The translations under genes were made by a program, and so were the position numbers. A stretch of DNA of 64,000 nt, taken from contig NC_081332.1 of NCBI RefSeq assembly GCF_022539665.2, forward strand, positions 992,001 to 1,056,000, in the 5' to 3' direction. Each line of letters starts with the position of its first letter. Positions within the stretch are counted from its first letter, which is position 1. Source of the DNA: Daphnia carinata (Eukaryota). The notes below the pieces were generated by a model. It was not told the DNA's origin and did no database searches. It was given only the letters and a program-made list of their open reading frames with translations. Positions 35,982 to 52,878 of the stretch are shown here, in pieces.

Positions 35982-37326
35982 ACAACGATTAATGTTTTGT
36001 TAGCGACATGACAACATGTTCTATTCCTGTTGTTACACAAGAATGGAGATGCTTTTTCTTGACCACCATTGAAAACTAATTGTCATCCATGTTTGGTATT
36101 TGTTTTGAGCTTCCTTTTGGCGATGACGCCATCTGCTGGTCGGATATGTCATTTCCTAAATCCCCCATCCCCTTCAAAAAAAGAGAACAATAAAAGAAAA
36201 TTATGGTATTTCAGCTGTTTAAACTCGTTTCTCGTCAACAGTTGAGACACGTTGTATTCCTTTCAAACAAAGAGTTCGTACAGGTACGGTACTCGAATAC
36301 AGTTAACAGGAAATCTTTAATAAATATTTAAAATTATATTGCCTTATAGTTTATTAGTTTTTTTGCTGTTTATTTGGTTTTTAATTTCGTAAATTTCTCC
36401 ATTTTTGTTGGATTATTTTTTTCTGAGGGAGGGGTAGATTTTTAGACAAAAATGGCGCCCGTTGTCAACTACTCAGTTCGATTTCAGATCTCGATACATT
36501 TTGTAGATTTCGTAGCACATTTTTAGATACTCTTTACCTTTTTCGATGAAAAGATACATTAAAAGGTGGCATTAAAAACAGATAATGTTTACTTAAATGG
36601 TTGAAATCGAATTTGATTTGATTATGTTTTTGTTTTGAGAAGGGGGTGGGTAGAATTCTAGAAGACGCTGGCGCCAAAATTGGTCGATGTGATCAGTTTG
36701 ACTCCAAATCTCGGCAGAGCAAGTACATTCGTAGTGAACTGTTATTTCATCTGTTCCCTCAACTATGTAACCGAACAACTAACAAAGGTAATAGATTAAC
36801 ATTCTTTTGATAGTTGAAATTCTAAAATAACCGATACTGATTGTTAGTTAATTGTTCGCGGAGTGTTTAATGTGGTTAATTGCCAAGAAATAAAACCACG
36901 TGGACGGATTGCTGTGGCTCCTTTGTTTTGCACCAATGGAATGTTGGGACCATCTAGTCTCTGAACTGGAATAAGGTATAGTTTTTTTTTTATTAAACTT
37001 TATGTTAGTACTTTTAGTAATTTGGTTCAAAGCACATGAATAGGTTTTAAAGCCAAAAAAAATTTAACTTTGTAAGTAAAAAGCGCCAAAAAGTATTTTT
37101 TTCCCGCTAATATTGGGTTTTGTTAAAGATTATTTCCTAATTGAAAGTGAATTGTTTTTTTAGTGCGTGTAAACTGTAGTAGAGAAACGTGTTCATTCTT
37201 TTTGTTTCTTTCTCGCCCACAATTGTTTAACGTTTTTCTCTAAAGAAGGGGTGGGGCTACATCGAAATTGTTTCGTGTCCTTGAAATTTCGTTGCAAGTC
37301 ATTCCGAGGGAAGAGTCATCAACGTC

Positions 37327-40300
37327 TTAGTTGGCATTATTTTTCATGAAAGTTGTATCCAAGTAGCCAGAGCTAACGAATGGCTCCATGTACTTCTCGA
37401 TCGTGTTGGCCAGATGATGAAACGTTAGTCGTTCGTTTCGTTCTTTGTTCCAACAACTTTTCATCATTTCTCCAAAGAAATTTGGCGCGTAATCTGGTTT
37501 ATCCATTCGTAGTCCTTCTTGAATATTTTTGACGAGTATAAGGCCGTTCATACCTTGAAAAAATACAGAAATGTAAATCTCAATAGGCTAATTGAAATTT
37601 GATCCTTGTAATACCTGGGTAAGCAATTTTTCCCAGGGCAAAGATTTCCCATAGAACAATGCCGTAAGACCAGACATCGGACTTACTGGAAAATACGTGA
37701 TCCGCCAGTGATTCAATAGCCATCCATTTAATTGGTAGTAATCCCTTTTAACGAAATCAAAGCAAATGAACGCCAATTTTAGATGCCCAGGGTTGTCAAA
37801 TTTACCTGTCCCTTCATTTCGTAAATGTAATTTTTCATTTGTCTGGCCATTCCAAAATCTGCAATTTTGACAATTCCATGATCGGCTAAAAGGACATTGC
37901 GAGACGCTAAATCGCCATGGAGAACCTTATCGATATCAGATATTTCCATTAACATCGTGATTAATGAGATTAGAGTAAAACCGAAAAGGCCACCTTTTTG
38001 CTAGCAATGAATTCCATCCCCTTGGCGATTTGTAAAGAAAAGCTAATTAAATTCCACGTAGAAATGGGTCCAGTGGTAATAGCGTCTGAATTTTCTCCAT
38101 ATTTCCAATTGACTTCCGTTTCTTGATGGCAATCATCTTTAGCTTAGAATTAAATCGTTTTGTTTTCGCAAATTTGAAACTTTACCGACAAAAATTGAAT
38201 CGTCGCTGGTCGATGTTACTTGAGCTACAGAATGACTTGAGGGTCCAGGCTTTGCACTAGAGTCACCGTCCTGACTGGATTTAAAGCATTTAAATTTAAT
38301 TCCCTTTTGACTTGTTTAATTATTTGTACCTGTGAGTCTCGTTAATTTCCAACGATTCATTTAACAGTTGAAGGTCACCAATCTCATCCAATTGGTTTAC
38401 AAATGTGTTGCGTTCTTTAATCAAATAGGATTGCAAATTGCCAAAGGGGCAATAATCGATAATCACCAAGAGTTCGCCTTTCCCAAGCAAATGTGTTTTA
38501 CCGAACTGAAGAAATTGCTAAATTTAATTAATTACCTTTGATGATGTCTTTAGTACAAGCCCCCAGTAAATTGACGACATTTAAATGCGATCCCAAATAA
38601 TTGAGAATTTTCAATTCTCCAATAAGAGCGTCTAATGCGGCAGTGTTTGATTTCATTTGAAATTGCGATGTCGATAGGATCTTTTTGACGGCCACGGTCG
38701 TTACATGTTCATCCGATCCTTTGAGCCCAACAGCTTCGGATTTGTAGACTTCTCCGAAACAAACATCCTTTTCCCAGTTGTTTTCCTACATTTTCGTAGT
38801 TGATTAAATTTCTGAAATTGATTTTGAAATGGAAAACACAAACCGAGTCTGAGGCGATGTTTTGAAAATTCACAGCGTTTGTCGTAAGGAAGAAATTCAG
38901 TTTGATAATCGATCGGCAAATTTGGATCGATGCCATCAGGATTTCCATCTAATCTTCCCTGAATTTCTTTTTCCAGATTTCTCTGGTTTTTTTTTTTTTT
39001 GGGGGGGGGGGGTATCAAAAATCGGAATTTTAAAAATTGAAAAACGTGCACATTTTGTTTAAACTCACCTTGTCCACGTATTGCTTGATTGCCATTGCAG
39101 CTATAATTACCGTCACGACAGATATGCAGACAGCAATGACAGTACCATTAGATTCAAGTTCGTCAGGGAAATAGAAATTTCGAAATTTCTGTTCCCCTTG
39201 GCTGTTGTTCCAGCGACAAGAATAACGTCCGTTTTGTTCATGACTTTTGTTGAATGATAAAATTGATGAAGTATCGTTCGTATAGATTAATCCCTTATAT
39301 TCCTCGTCATCCTGATATTCCAAAATCGTATTGATTTCATTGAGGATTAAAAATTGGTTTTGTTTACCTTGAACCATTGGATGTGGACGTCATCACTTAA
39401 GCGTTTGCAAGTCAAATTTTGAGCTATTCCTTTTCCCAGTTTGACATCCACTGGATCCATGCTTTCTTTTATTAAAAAGTTAATTGCACTTCAATTTTGC
39501 CATCCACAAAAATGAAGTAAATACCTTGAACGGTTAAAGTAATGGATTGGGCAATGTTTCGACCGCTGGCATAGGCTCTGCATTCAAAGTGCGTGTGCGT
39601 ATTGAAGCCAATTCTTTGCAGATGCAAACGACTTTCGTACAAACCGTACGGGAATATTCCATCGAGAGAGTTGCCTGATATCATAGAGAACCGTTTTTTT
39701 TCTAGTAGAAATCCTGTTGCAATTTGGAGTGAATGAAGGGACATTGTCTTTGACACTGAAATTATCGCATACCTTTACGAAGGTTACTTCGATCGATCCA
39801 TTGTTTTTGGCCGGTGTTCTTGTTGAAGTAAAACCAATCGTTTTTCCAAAATTCCACCGTATTGCGATCACTTTCGCAGAAGGTTTTACAGATGAGTGTC
39901 ACGTTGTTGCCTTCGATTGGATCACCAACCCTAACGAGTTCCATTCCTATATTTTTTGCGTTCAATTCGCTTGAGGTGAATTCGATTTTGGATTTCGATC
40001 AGCGCACGAAATTACTGTTGATGGAAATCCTGAAATGGATTGTGGTGGGTCCAGCAGTTGGTCGTACCGACTCGGTGCCTACACACTTGTATTTTCCTAT
40101 GTCACTTAGTGTCATATTGGTTAACCTCAGTCCACGTTCTGGCAAAGGTATCAGCAACCAACTGGCATTTCCCAAGTCACGTGACAATTCCTGGTTGTTT
40201 AAATCAATTTACTTGGAAGTTTATTATTATCTTTTGTTTAGCGTGGGTTACAATCAAGTTCCATTTCAGTTCATCGTTTGGCATAAGCGTTTCGCGGTAG

Positions 40301-41059
40301 AGTGAAACGGTGACATTTGGGTGGGTTGGTCTGCACGGGATGTCGAGAGGTTCACCCGCAAACGTCATATATGTGTCAAATTCGAGAGGAGCCAATTTGT
40401 TAAACAAGTCTTTCGTCTCCGTGAAAACTAGCTTAAAACCTAATTGTATCAAAAAGAATTATTATCTTTTGAATAACCGACTACTTAAAAGTGAGAGCTG
40501 ACCGTAAACGTAAATGTAGGATTCGAGATGATCTAACTTGTTAAACAAGTTTTCCGTCTCCGTGAAAACTAGTGGCCATCCATCTAATTGTATCAAAAAG
40601 AATTATTTTCCTTTAAATAACCGACTATTTAAAAGTTAGAACTGACTGTAAAAGTAAACGTAGTGGGCGATTTGAATTTCGGGGCGTACAACGCATCGAT
40701 AATATCCCGTGTCGGTGGGCTTGGTCTGTGTCAATGTCACCGTCGATGTCAAGTGAGTTGTATTCCTCTCGACTTCGTAATCCAAACGTCTTTCCGTTGG
40801 CTGTTGTGTTTGAAGTTCATTTTATTTCAATGTAAGTTTTTAAAAACTGATCTTTCGTATTTACGCACTTCCTGGTAAGGGGCAGTATCCACGTAATGTT
40901 GGCTGACGTTTTCTCTTCGTCGCTGTTGAACCGGTAGATGCAAGTTAAATTGAGATTATCACCTTCTTTTTCGATGTGTGGTTGGTGATGGGGAATCATC
41001 ACTATCTGATTGGCATCACTTCCTAAGGGCAACAATGTGAAGAATACGACGAATAACAT
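37327..41059 (-). pseudogene. Pvr-like (PDGF/VEGF receptor-related) Ig receptor tyrosine kinase, copy A, frameshifted
   Basis: Signal peptide [16 protein letters not shown], Ig domains ([10 protein letters not shown]), TM, and kinase motifs [37 protein letters not shown] 4-nt duplication in the Gly-rich loop (~38757-38764) and a 1-nt deletion in exon 1 (~40878) break the frame. Confidence 0.8.
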
Positions 41060-42626
41060 TGTTCTTGTTGGTTTCACTTTTGAATCCACTTTTCTAATTT
41101 CGTTTTGATTTTCTTTGATAAATTTAGAGAACACCGACAGGCAACGTTAACACAATGCTACTGTAGATCGTGACAGAGCTGCAGGGAGAAATCATTCTAG
41201 AGTGGAGAAGTGGTTTTCCGATGATAAATCTCAACTTGGCAACAACGATATCATCTCCTTCTCGATATGCTTCCATTTTACCACTTGGTGGATGTGCGGT
41301 TATCGTTTTGTTTTCCCTCTATTTTAGGGAAATTTATGAAGTAATGTCATGGAGATTTGAACTTATCGGCTAGGTGGTCGTGTGGTTAAGGCGATACTTC
41401 TACTTGAAAATTTTGATGCTTCGCCCTAATGTAAGTCTTATTCGGTTATCTTAAAGTGAAATGGCTTGAGAGCCACATGTCTTTTTTAGTGGATTTAAAT
41501 TAAGTGAATTGATTTGAATTAAGTGTCTATGAGAGCCGAACAGAAAACAAGACCATCTCGTACGCCAAAGAATAGTTGTGTATCCTCTGCAAAGCAAGTG
41601 ATTGGACGATGCTAAAAATCATCAGTAAATCCATTCGACAGTAAAAGACAACAGTAAAAGTTTTAAGAACAGGAATAAAATAAAATAATAGTTATTGACA
41701 CAAAATCTTACCCCATTAAATAATAGCTGACAAATTACGTCTCCTTGTTCTAGAAGCTTCTGCTAATCGTTAATGGCGGCAAATTAAAACTATCATGATT
41801 TCTACTCTAACGTTAACAAATTGCTATAATAATTTATCTTTCTGGTTTTGAATCGGATAAAAATCCTCTGTTCAGCAGATGCATCTGATATCTCTGCAAG
41901 GGTTCAGGCACTCTGGTCCCAATTGTCGAAAGAAACATTGCCAAGGTAGGCGAAGAGCAAGTGTTGCTATTATCGTACACAACTCGTTACAAGACCTTGG
42001 TGAATGAAGGAAATTTCAAATGGAACATACGATGCAAATTTAGCAGCCATTCTTTTTACCTGCTTTCACTGTTTTGTAAAGGAAACACGGCTATTCTTTG
42101 GCGTACCAGTTGTTGTTCTCTTAACATGTTGTTGGCTCTCATAGACACGTGACCGCTGACCTCGCATGGGCCATCAGTATCTCCAAAGAATCAAAAAAAT
42201 TAGCAAAAAAATCTAAACAAAAAATAATAACAAACATCCACGTAAATTGATTTAAAAAACAGATTAGGGTAGAATTACCAAGTAGAGTTATCGCCTTAAC
42301 CACTCGACCACCTAACCGATAAGTTCAAATCTACAGGATATTAGATCATAAATTTCCCCAAAATAGAAGGAAAATAAAACGATAACCGCACATCCGCCAA
42401 GTGGTAAAATGGAAGGGGTAACAAGAAGGAGATAGTTTCGCTGTTGCCAAGTTGAGATTTATCATCGGAAAACCACTTGCCCCTTTGGAATGATTTCTCT
42501 GTGCAGCTCTTCACGAAACACAGTGGCATGCAGCCGACGTTGCCTGTCGGTGTTCTCTAAATTTTTTTTTTTTAAATCAAAACGATATTTTAAAACGTGG
42601 ATTCCAAAGTAAAACCAACAAAAACA

Positions 42627-46241
<3,615 letters not shown>

Positions 46242-46677
46242 GACTTTGGTGACTCTTCCCTCGGAATGATTTGCAATGAAATTTCAAGGACACGAAACCA
46301 TTTCTATGTAGCCCCACCTCTTCTTTAGAGAAAACCGTTTAACGATTGTTGAAGAAAAAGAAACAAAAGAATGAGCACGTTTCTCAATTAGTTGTTGCAC
46401 ACACTAAAAAAACAATTCACTTTCAATTGGGAAATAATCTTTAACAAAACCCAATATTGGCGAGAAAAAACAATGTGAAAGAAAAGTTCTTTTCTATTTT
46501 AAACCTATTCTTGTGTTTTTAACTAAATTTCGGTTTCTAAAGTACTAAATATAAACCCTTGATTAAAAAAGAAAACTATACCTCATCAATTTTCAGAATA
46601 CGATGTCCCATCATTCCATGGTGCGAGACAAAGGGAGCCACAGTTAGGCGCCCACGTGGTTTTTTACTTTACTTTGG

Positions 46678-47062
46678 AATCCACTTTTCTAATTTCGTTT
46701 TGATTTTTATTGATAGATTTAGAGAACACCGACAAGCAACGTCGATGACATGCCACTGTGTGTCGTGAAGAGCTGAAGGAAGAAATCATTCCAAATGAGG
46801 AAGTGGTTTTCCGATGATAAATCTCAACTTGAGAGCAGCGATATCATCTCCTTCTCGTTAACCCTCCATTTTACCACTTGGCGGGTGTGCGCTTATCGTC
46901 TTGTTTTCCCTCTATTTTAGGGATATTTATGAAGTAATGTCATGGAGATTTGAACTTATCGGCTAGGTGGTCGTGTGGTTAAGGCGATACTTCTACTTGG
47001 TAATTCTGATGCACCGCACTAATGTAAGTCTTATTCGGTTATTTTAAAGTGAAATAGGTTGA
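46678..47062 (-). repeat. Orphan copy of the RTK copy A promoter/5' region
   Basis: Close direct match to ~41083-41472 with no coding exon attached. Confidence 0.8.
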
Positions 47063-47477
47063 GAGCAATATTTATTTTGTTTTTGTGGATGGAAAGAATT
47101 ATAATTTTTTCCTACAGATGGCGTATCCGCCAGACCTTCCAACAACGTCTTGGCTGTCGATGAATGCTGTGGGACGCAGTGGATTCCCTTTTGCTGTCGG
47201 TGAGGAACTACTGTCCAATGCAGTACTAGACATTTAAACATTAGTTTCATGGCAAATGCAGAACACAAGAAAGAGGAATAAAGCCCTAAGACGAAAGCAA
47301 ATTCCAGCTAAATTTTTAATGATTCGAAGATAACGGAGGCGTAGTGTGTTACAGGAACAAAAAATATGACCACATGTGTTGAATCGGTTTTTTTTAGGTA
47401 CTGGGCACATACAGGTAGGTATTTAAAGGCTGGATACCGTCAACGTCGATATTTAGTCTTGTCTTGTGTCATCAAAC

Positions 47478-47962
47478 ATGAAGACCTCTCCCGTGGTGAG
47501 TTTCTTCTATTCTCTTGCTAAACTATCTTTGAAATTTTACTTAAATTCTGCTTTGAAATTAGATTCTAGTTTTGGGTGCTGTTGTTGCTGCTGTAATGGC
47601 CGATGTTCAATACGCACCACCTGCCTACGAAAAGAAATATGATGGCTACCTCAAGTATGCCAATGTACCTAGTGAAAAAGAATACGAATTTGGCTACAAT
47701 CGTGGAAATGCTGCTCACCACACTTCTCGCTATGAGCAATCCAAGGACCATCGTTTCCGCACAAAGGTATGATAGTCCCTATTTAATTTGGCTGTAATTT
47801 TGTTTATTGATTTTTGCAATTGCCTTAATAAAATAGGTCAAGTGGGCTGATACCTACGATGGCTACGGTGAGCACTACTGGGAGTACAATCATGGCGACA
47901 GTTACGCACCAGCCTACTCCGAGCCTGCTCCCGCTTACGAAGCTGCCCCTGTCAAATACTAG
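47478..47962 (+). CDS. Small secreted Tyr/Ala/Pro-rich cuticle-like protein, copy 2
   Basis: Near-identical 3-exon structure and protein to 35498-35981. Confidence 0.85.
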
Positions 47963-49335
47963 ACAATGATTAATGTTTTGTTAACGGCATGACAACACGT
48001 TCTATTCCTGTTGTTAAACAAGAATGGAGATGTTTTTTCTTGACCACCATTGAAAACAATCATCCATGTTTGGTATTTGTTTTGAGCTTCCTCTTGGCGA
48101 TGACGCCATCTGCTGGTCGGGCATGTCATTTCCTAAATCCCCCATCCCCTTAAAAAAAAAGAGAACAAGAAAAGAAAATTATGGTATTTCAGTTGTTTAA
48201 ACTAATTTCTCGTCAACAGTTGAGACGCATTGTATTTCTTTCAAATAAAGAGTTCGTACAGGTACTCGGATACAGTTAACCGACAAGTCTGCCAACCTCA
48301 ACGCAAGGTGCCAAAACGAATTTAATAAATATTTAAAAATAAGACATTTCCATTTTATTGCCTTATAGTTTATTAGGTTTTTTGCTGTTTAATTGGTTTT
48401 TAATTTCGTAAATTTCTCCATTTTTGTAGGATTTTTTCTTTTCAGAGGGAGGGGTAGATTTTTTAGACAACAATGGCGCTCGTCGTAAACTACCCAGTTC
48501 GATTTCAGATCTCGATACATTTAGTAGATTTCGTAGCACATTTTTTGATTCTCCTTACCTTTTCGATAAAAAGATACATTAGAAGGTGGCATTCAAAATA
48601 GATAATATTTACTTTAATGGTTGAAACCGAATTTGATTTTATTATTTTTGTTTGTTTTGAGGAGGGGGGTGGGTAGAATTCTAGAAGACGTTGGCGCCAA
48701 AACTGATCGATGTGATCAGTTTGACTCTAGATCTCGTCAGAGCAAGTACATCGATAGTGAACTGTTATTTCATCTTTTCTCCCTACGATGGAAATGAACA
48801 CTAAACAGTAGCCATGGTAATAGATTAACATTCTTTTGATAGTTAAAACTCTAAAATAACCGATACTGATTGTTAGTTTATTGTTCATGGAGTATTTGAT
48901 GTGGGTATTCGCCATGAAAAAAACCACGTGGGCGCCTAACTGTGGCTCCCTTTGTCTTGCACCCGCGGAATGATGGGCCATCGTATTCTGAGAATTTGTA
49001 TGAGGTATAGTTTTCTTTTTAAATTTAGAGTTTATTTTTAGTAATTTAGAAACCGAAATTTAGTTTAAAACACAAGAAAAAGCCACAAAGAACTTTCCTT
49101 GCACATTGTTTGTTCCCGCCAATATTGGGTTTTGTTAAAGATTATTTCCGATTGTAAGTGAGATGTATTTTAGTGTGTGCAAACACTAGTTGAGAAACGT
49201 GCTCATTCTTCTCTTTTTCTCTGGCCAACAATTGTTAAACGTTTTGCTCTAAAGAAGGGGTGGGGCTACATAGAAATAGTTTCTTGTCCTTGAAATTTCA
49301 TTGCAAATAATTGCGAGGGAAGAGTCACCAAAGTC

Positions 49336-52300
49336 TTAGTTGGTATTGTTTTCAACTGAAGTTGTATCCAAGTAGCCCGAGGTAACGAATGGCTCCATGT
49401 AATTCTCTATCGTGTTAGCCAACTGGTGAAACGTTGGTCGGTCGTTAGGGTCTTTGTTCCAACAACTTTTCATCATTTCTCCAAAGAAATTTGGCGCGTA
49501 ATCTGGTTTCTCCATTCGTAGTCCTTCTTGAATACTTTTCACGATTATAAAGCCGTTCATACCTTGAAAAAAAAATGCAGAAATGTAAATCTCAAAAGGT
49601 TAATTGAAATCTGATCTCTGTAATACCTGGGTAAGGAATTTTGCCCAGGACAAAGAGCTCCCATAAAACAATGCCGTAAGACCAGACATCCGATCGACTG
49701 GAAAATATTTGATCCGTCAGTGATTCAATAGCCATCCATTTAATTGGCAGTAATCCCTGTTCATAAAATCGAAGTAAATGAAAAACATTTTTAGATGACC
49801 ACCGGGTTTTCAAGGTTACCTGTCCTTTCTTTTCGTAAATGTAATTTTTCATTTGTCTGGCCATTCCAAAATCAGCAATTTTGACAATTCCATGATCGGC
49901 TAAAAGGACATTGCGAGCCGCTAAATCGCCATGGAGAACCTGATCGATGACAGATATTTCCATTAACATGCTGATTAATGAGATTAGAGTAAAACCGAAA
50001 AGGCCACCTTTTTGCTAGCAATGAATTCCATCCCCTTGGCGATTTGTAAAGAAAAGCTGACTAAATTCCATGTGGAAATGGGTCCATTGGTAATGGCGTC
50101 TGAATTTTCTCCATATTTCCAATTGGGTTCCGTTTCTTGTTGACAATTACCGAAAGAAATTGAATCGTCGCTGGTCCATTTTGCTTTTGGAACAGAACGA
50201 TCTGAGGGTCCAGGCTTTGCACTAGTGTCACTGTCATGACTGGGTTTTAAAGCATTTAAATTTAATTCCCTTTTGAATTGATTGATTATTTGTACCTGTG
50301 AGTCTCGTTAGTTTCAACGAAATCATTTGACAGTTGAAGGTCACCAAACTCGTCCAATTGGTCGACAAACGAATTGCGTTGTTTAATCAAAAAGGATTGC
50401 AAATTGCCGAAGTGGCAATAATCGATAATCACCAAGAGTTCGCCTGTCCCAGTCAAATGTGATATACTGAACTTAACAATTAGTTAGGTTGAATTAATTA
50501 CCTTTGACGATGTTTTTGGTGCAGGCCCCCAGTAAATTGACGACATTTAAATGCGATCCCAAATAATTTAGAATTTTCAATTCTCCAATGAGAGCGTCTA
50601 ATGCGGCTGTCTTTGATTTCATTTGAAATTGCGATGTGGATAGGACCTTTTTGACGGCCACGGTCGTTACATTTTCATCCGATCCTTTGAGTCCAACAGC
50701 TTTGGCTTTGTAAACTTCTCCGAAACATCCTTTTCCCAGTTGTTTTCCTACATTGTTTTATTTAGTTATCTTTCTTAAATTGATTTTTAAAACGATAAAC
50801 ACAAACCGAGTCTGAGGCGCTTTTCTGGAAATTCACAGCGTTTGTCGTAAGGTAGAAATTCAGTTTGATAGTCGATTGGCAAATTTGGATCGATACCATC
50901 AGGATTTCCATCTAATCTTCCCTGAATTTCTTTTTCCAGGTTTCTCTTTTTTTTGGGTATCAAAAATCGGAATTTTTAAAATTTTAAACGTGTACAATTT
51001 GTTTAAACACACCTTGCCCACATATTTGCCTGCAATTCCAATTGTAATTAACGTCACGACAGATACGCAGACGGCAATGACCGAAATCGCCACAATACCG
51101 TTAGATTCAGGTTTGTAAGGAAAATAGAAATTTCGAAATCTCTTTTGCCCTCGGCTGTTGTTCCAACGACAAGAATAATTTCCATTTTCTTCATCACTTC
51201 CGTTTAGTGGTAAAATTGATGAAACATCGTTCGTATAGATCAATCCCGAATATTCCTTGTCATCCTAATATTCCAAAATCGCGATGATTTCATTGAGGAT
51301 TAAACATTGGTTTTGTTTACCTTGAACCATTTGATGTTGTCATCAGTGAACCGAGTGCAAGTTAAATTTTGAGCTATTCCTCTTCCCAATTTTACATCCA
51401 CTGGATATTTGTTTTCTTTAAATTAAAAAAAGTTAATTGCACTTCATTTTTGCCATCGACAAAAACGAAGTAAATACCTTGAACGGTAAAAGTAATGGAC
51501 TTAGAAATGATGCGACCACGGATATTGACACTGCATTGAAAGTGCGTTTGCGTATTGAAGCCAATTCTTAGCAAATGCAAGTGACTTTCGTACAAACCGT
51601 ACGGTAAGCTTCCATTGAGAGAGTTGCCTGATATCATACGGAACCGTTTATTCTCTAGTAGAAATCCTGTTGCAATTTAGAGTGAATGAAGAGACATTTT
51701 CTTTTACACCGAAGTTATCGCATACCTTTAGGAAGGTTAGTTTGATCGATCAATTGTTTTTTGCCGGTGTCCTTGTTGAAGTAAAACCAATCGGGTTCCC
51801 AAAATTGCACCCGATCCCGGTAACTTAGGTAGGCGGTTTTACAGATGAGACTAACGTTGTTACCTTCGATTGTATCCCCAACCCTAAAGAGTTCCATTCC
51901 TATATTTTTTCGCATTCAATTCGATTGAGATCAATTCGATTTTGCATTTCGATCAGAGTACAAAATTACTGTTGATGAAAATCCTGAAATGGATTGTGGT
52001 GGCTACAAATAATAGTTTAGAATTGTTCTTGGTGCCCTCACACTTGTATCTTCTGCTGTCGCTAAATGTCGGATTGGTTAATATCAGTCCTCGTTCTGGC
52101 AAAGGTTTCAGCAACCAACTGGCATTTCCATAATCATTTGAAAGTTCCTGGTTTTTTAAAAATCAATTTACGTTGAAGTTTATTACTATTTTTTGTTTAG
52201 CTTGGGTTACCATTAACTTCCATTTCATTTCATTGTTTTCGTTTCGCTTTTCGCGGTACAGTGAAATGGTGACATTTGGGTGGGTTGGTCTGCACGGGAT

Positions 52301-52878
52301 TTCGAGGGGTTCACCCGCAAACGTCGTATATGTGTCAAAAGCGAGACGATCTAACTTGCCAACAATGTTTTCCGTCTCCGTGAAAACTAGTGGCCATTCC
52401 CCTAATTGTATCAAAAAGAATTATTTTCTTTTAAATAACCGACTATTTAAAAGTGAGAGCTGACTGTAAAAGTAGACGTAGTGGGCGATTTGGATTTCGG
52501 AGCGTACAAAGCATCGATAATATCCCGTGTCGGTGGGTTCGGTCTTTGTCAATGTCATCGTCGATGTCAAGTGAGTTGTATTCCTCTCGACTTTGTAACT
52601 TAAACGTTTTTTCGTTTTCTGTTGCGTTTCAAGTTCATTTTATTTCAATGTTAGTTTTTAAATACTGATTTTTTGTATCTACGCACTTGTTGGTATGGGG
52701 GCAGTATCCACGTTATGTTGCCTGACATTTTCTCTTCGTCGCTGTTGAACTGGTAGATGCAAGTTAAGGTGAGATTATCAAGTACGTCTTCGATGTGTGG
52801 TTGTTGATGGGGAATCATCACGAGTTGATTGGCGTCACTTCCTAAGGGCAACAATGTGAGGAATACGATGAAGAACAT
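49336..52878 (-). CDS. Pvr-like receptor tyrosine kinase with four Ig domains, copy C, apparently intact
   Basis: All exons splice in frame by manual reading: signal peptide, four Ig Cys pairs, [25 protein letters not shown], juxtamembrane [22 protein letters not shown], split kinase, HGDLAARN (the HGD variant typical of Pvr), [21 protein letters not shown]. Confidence 0.88.
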
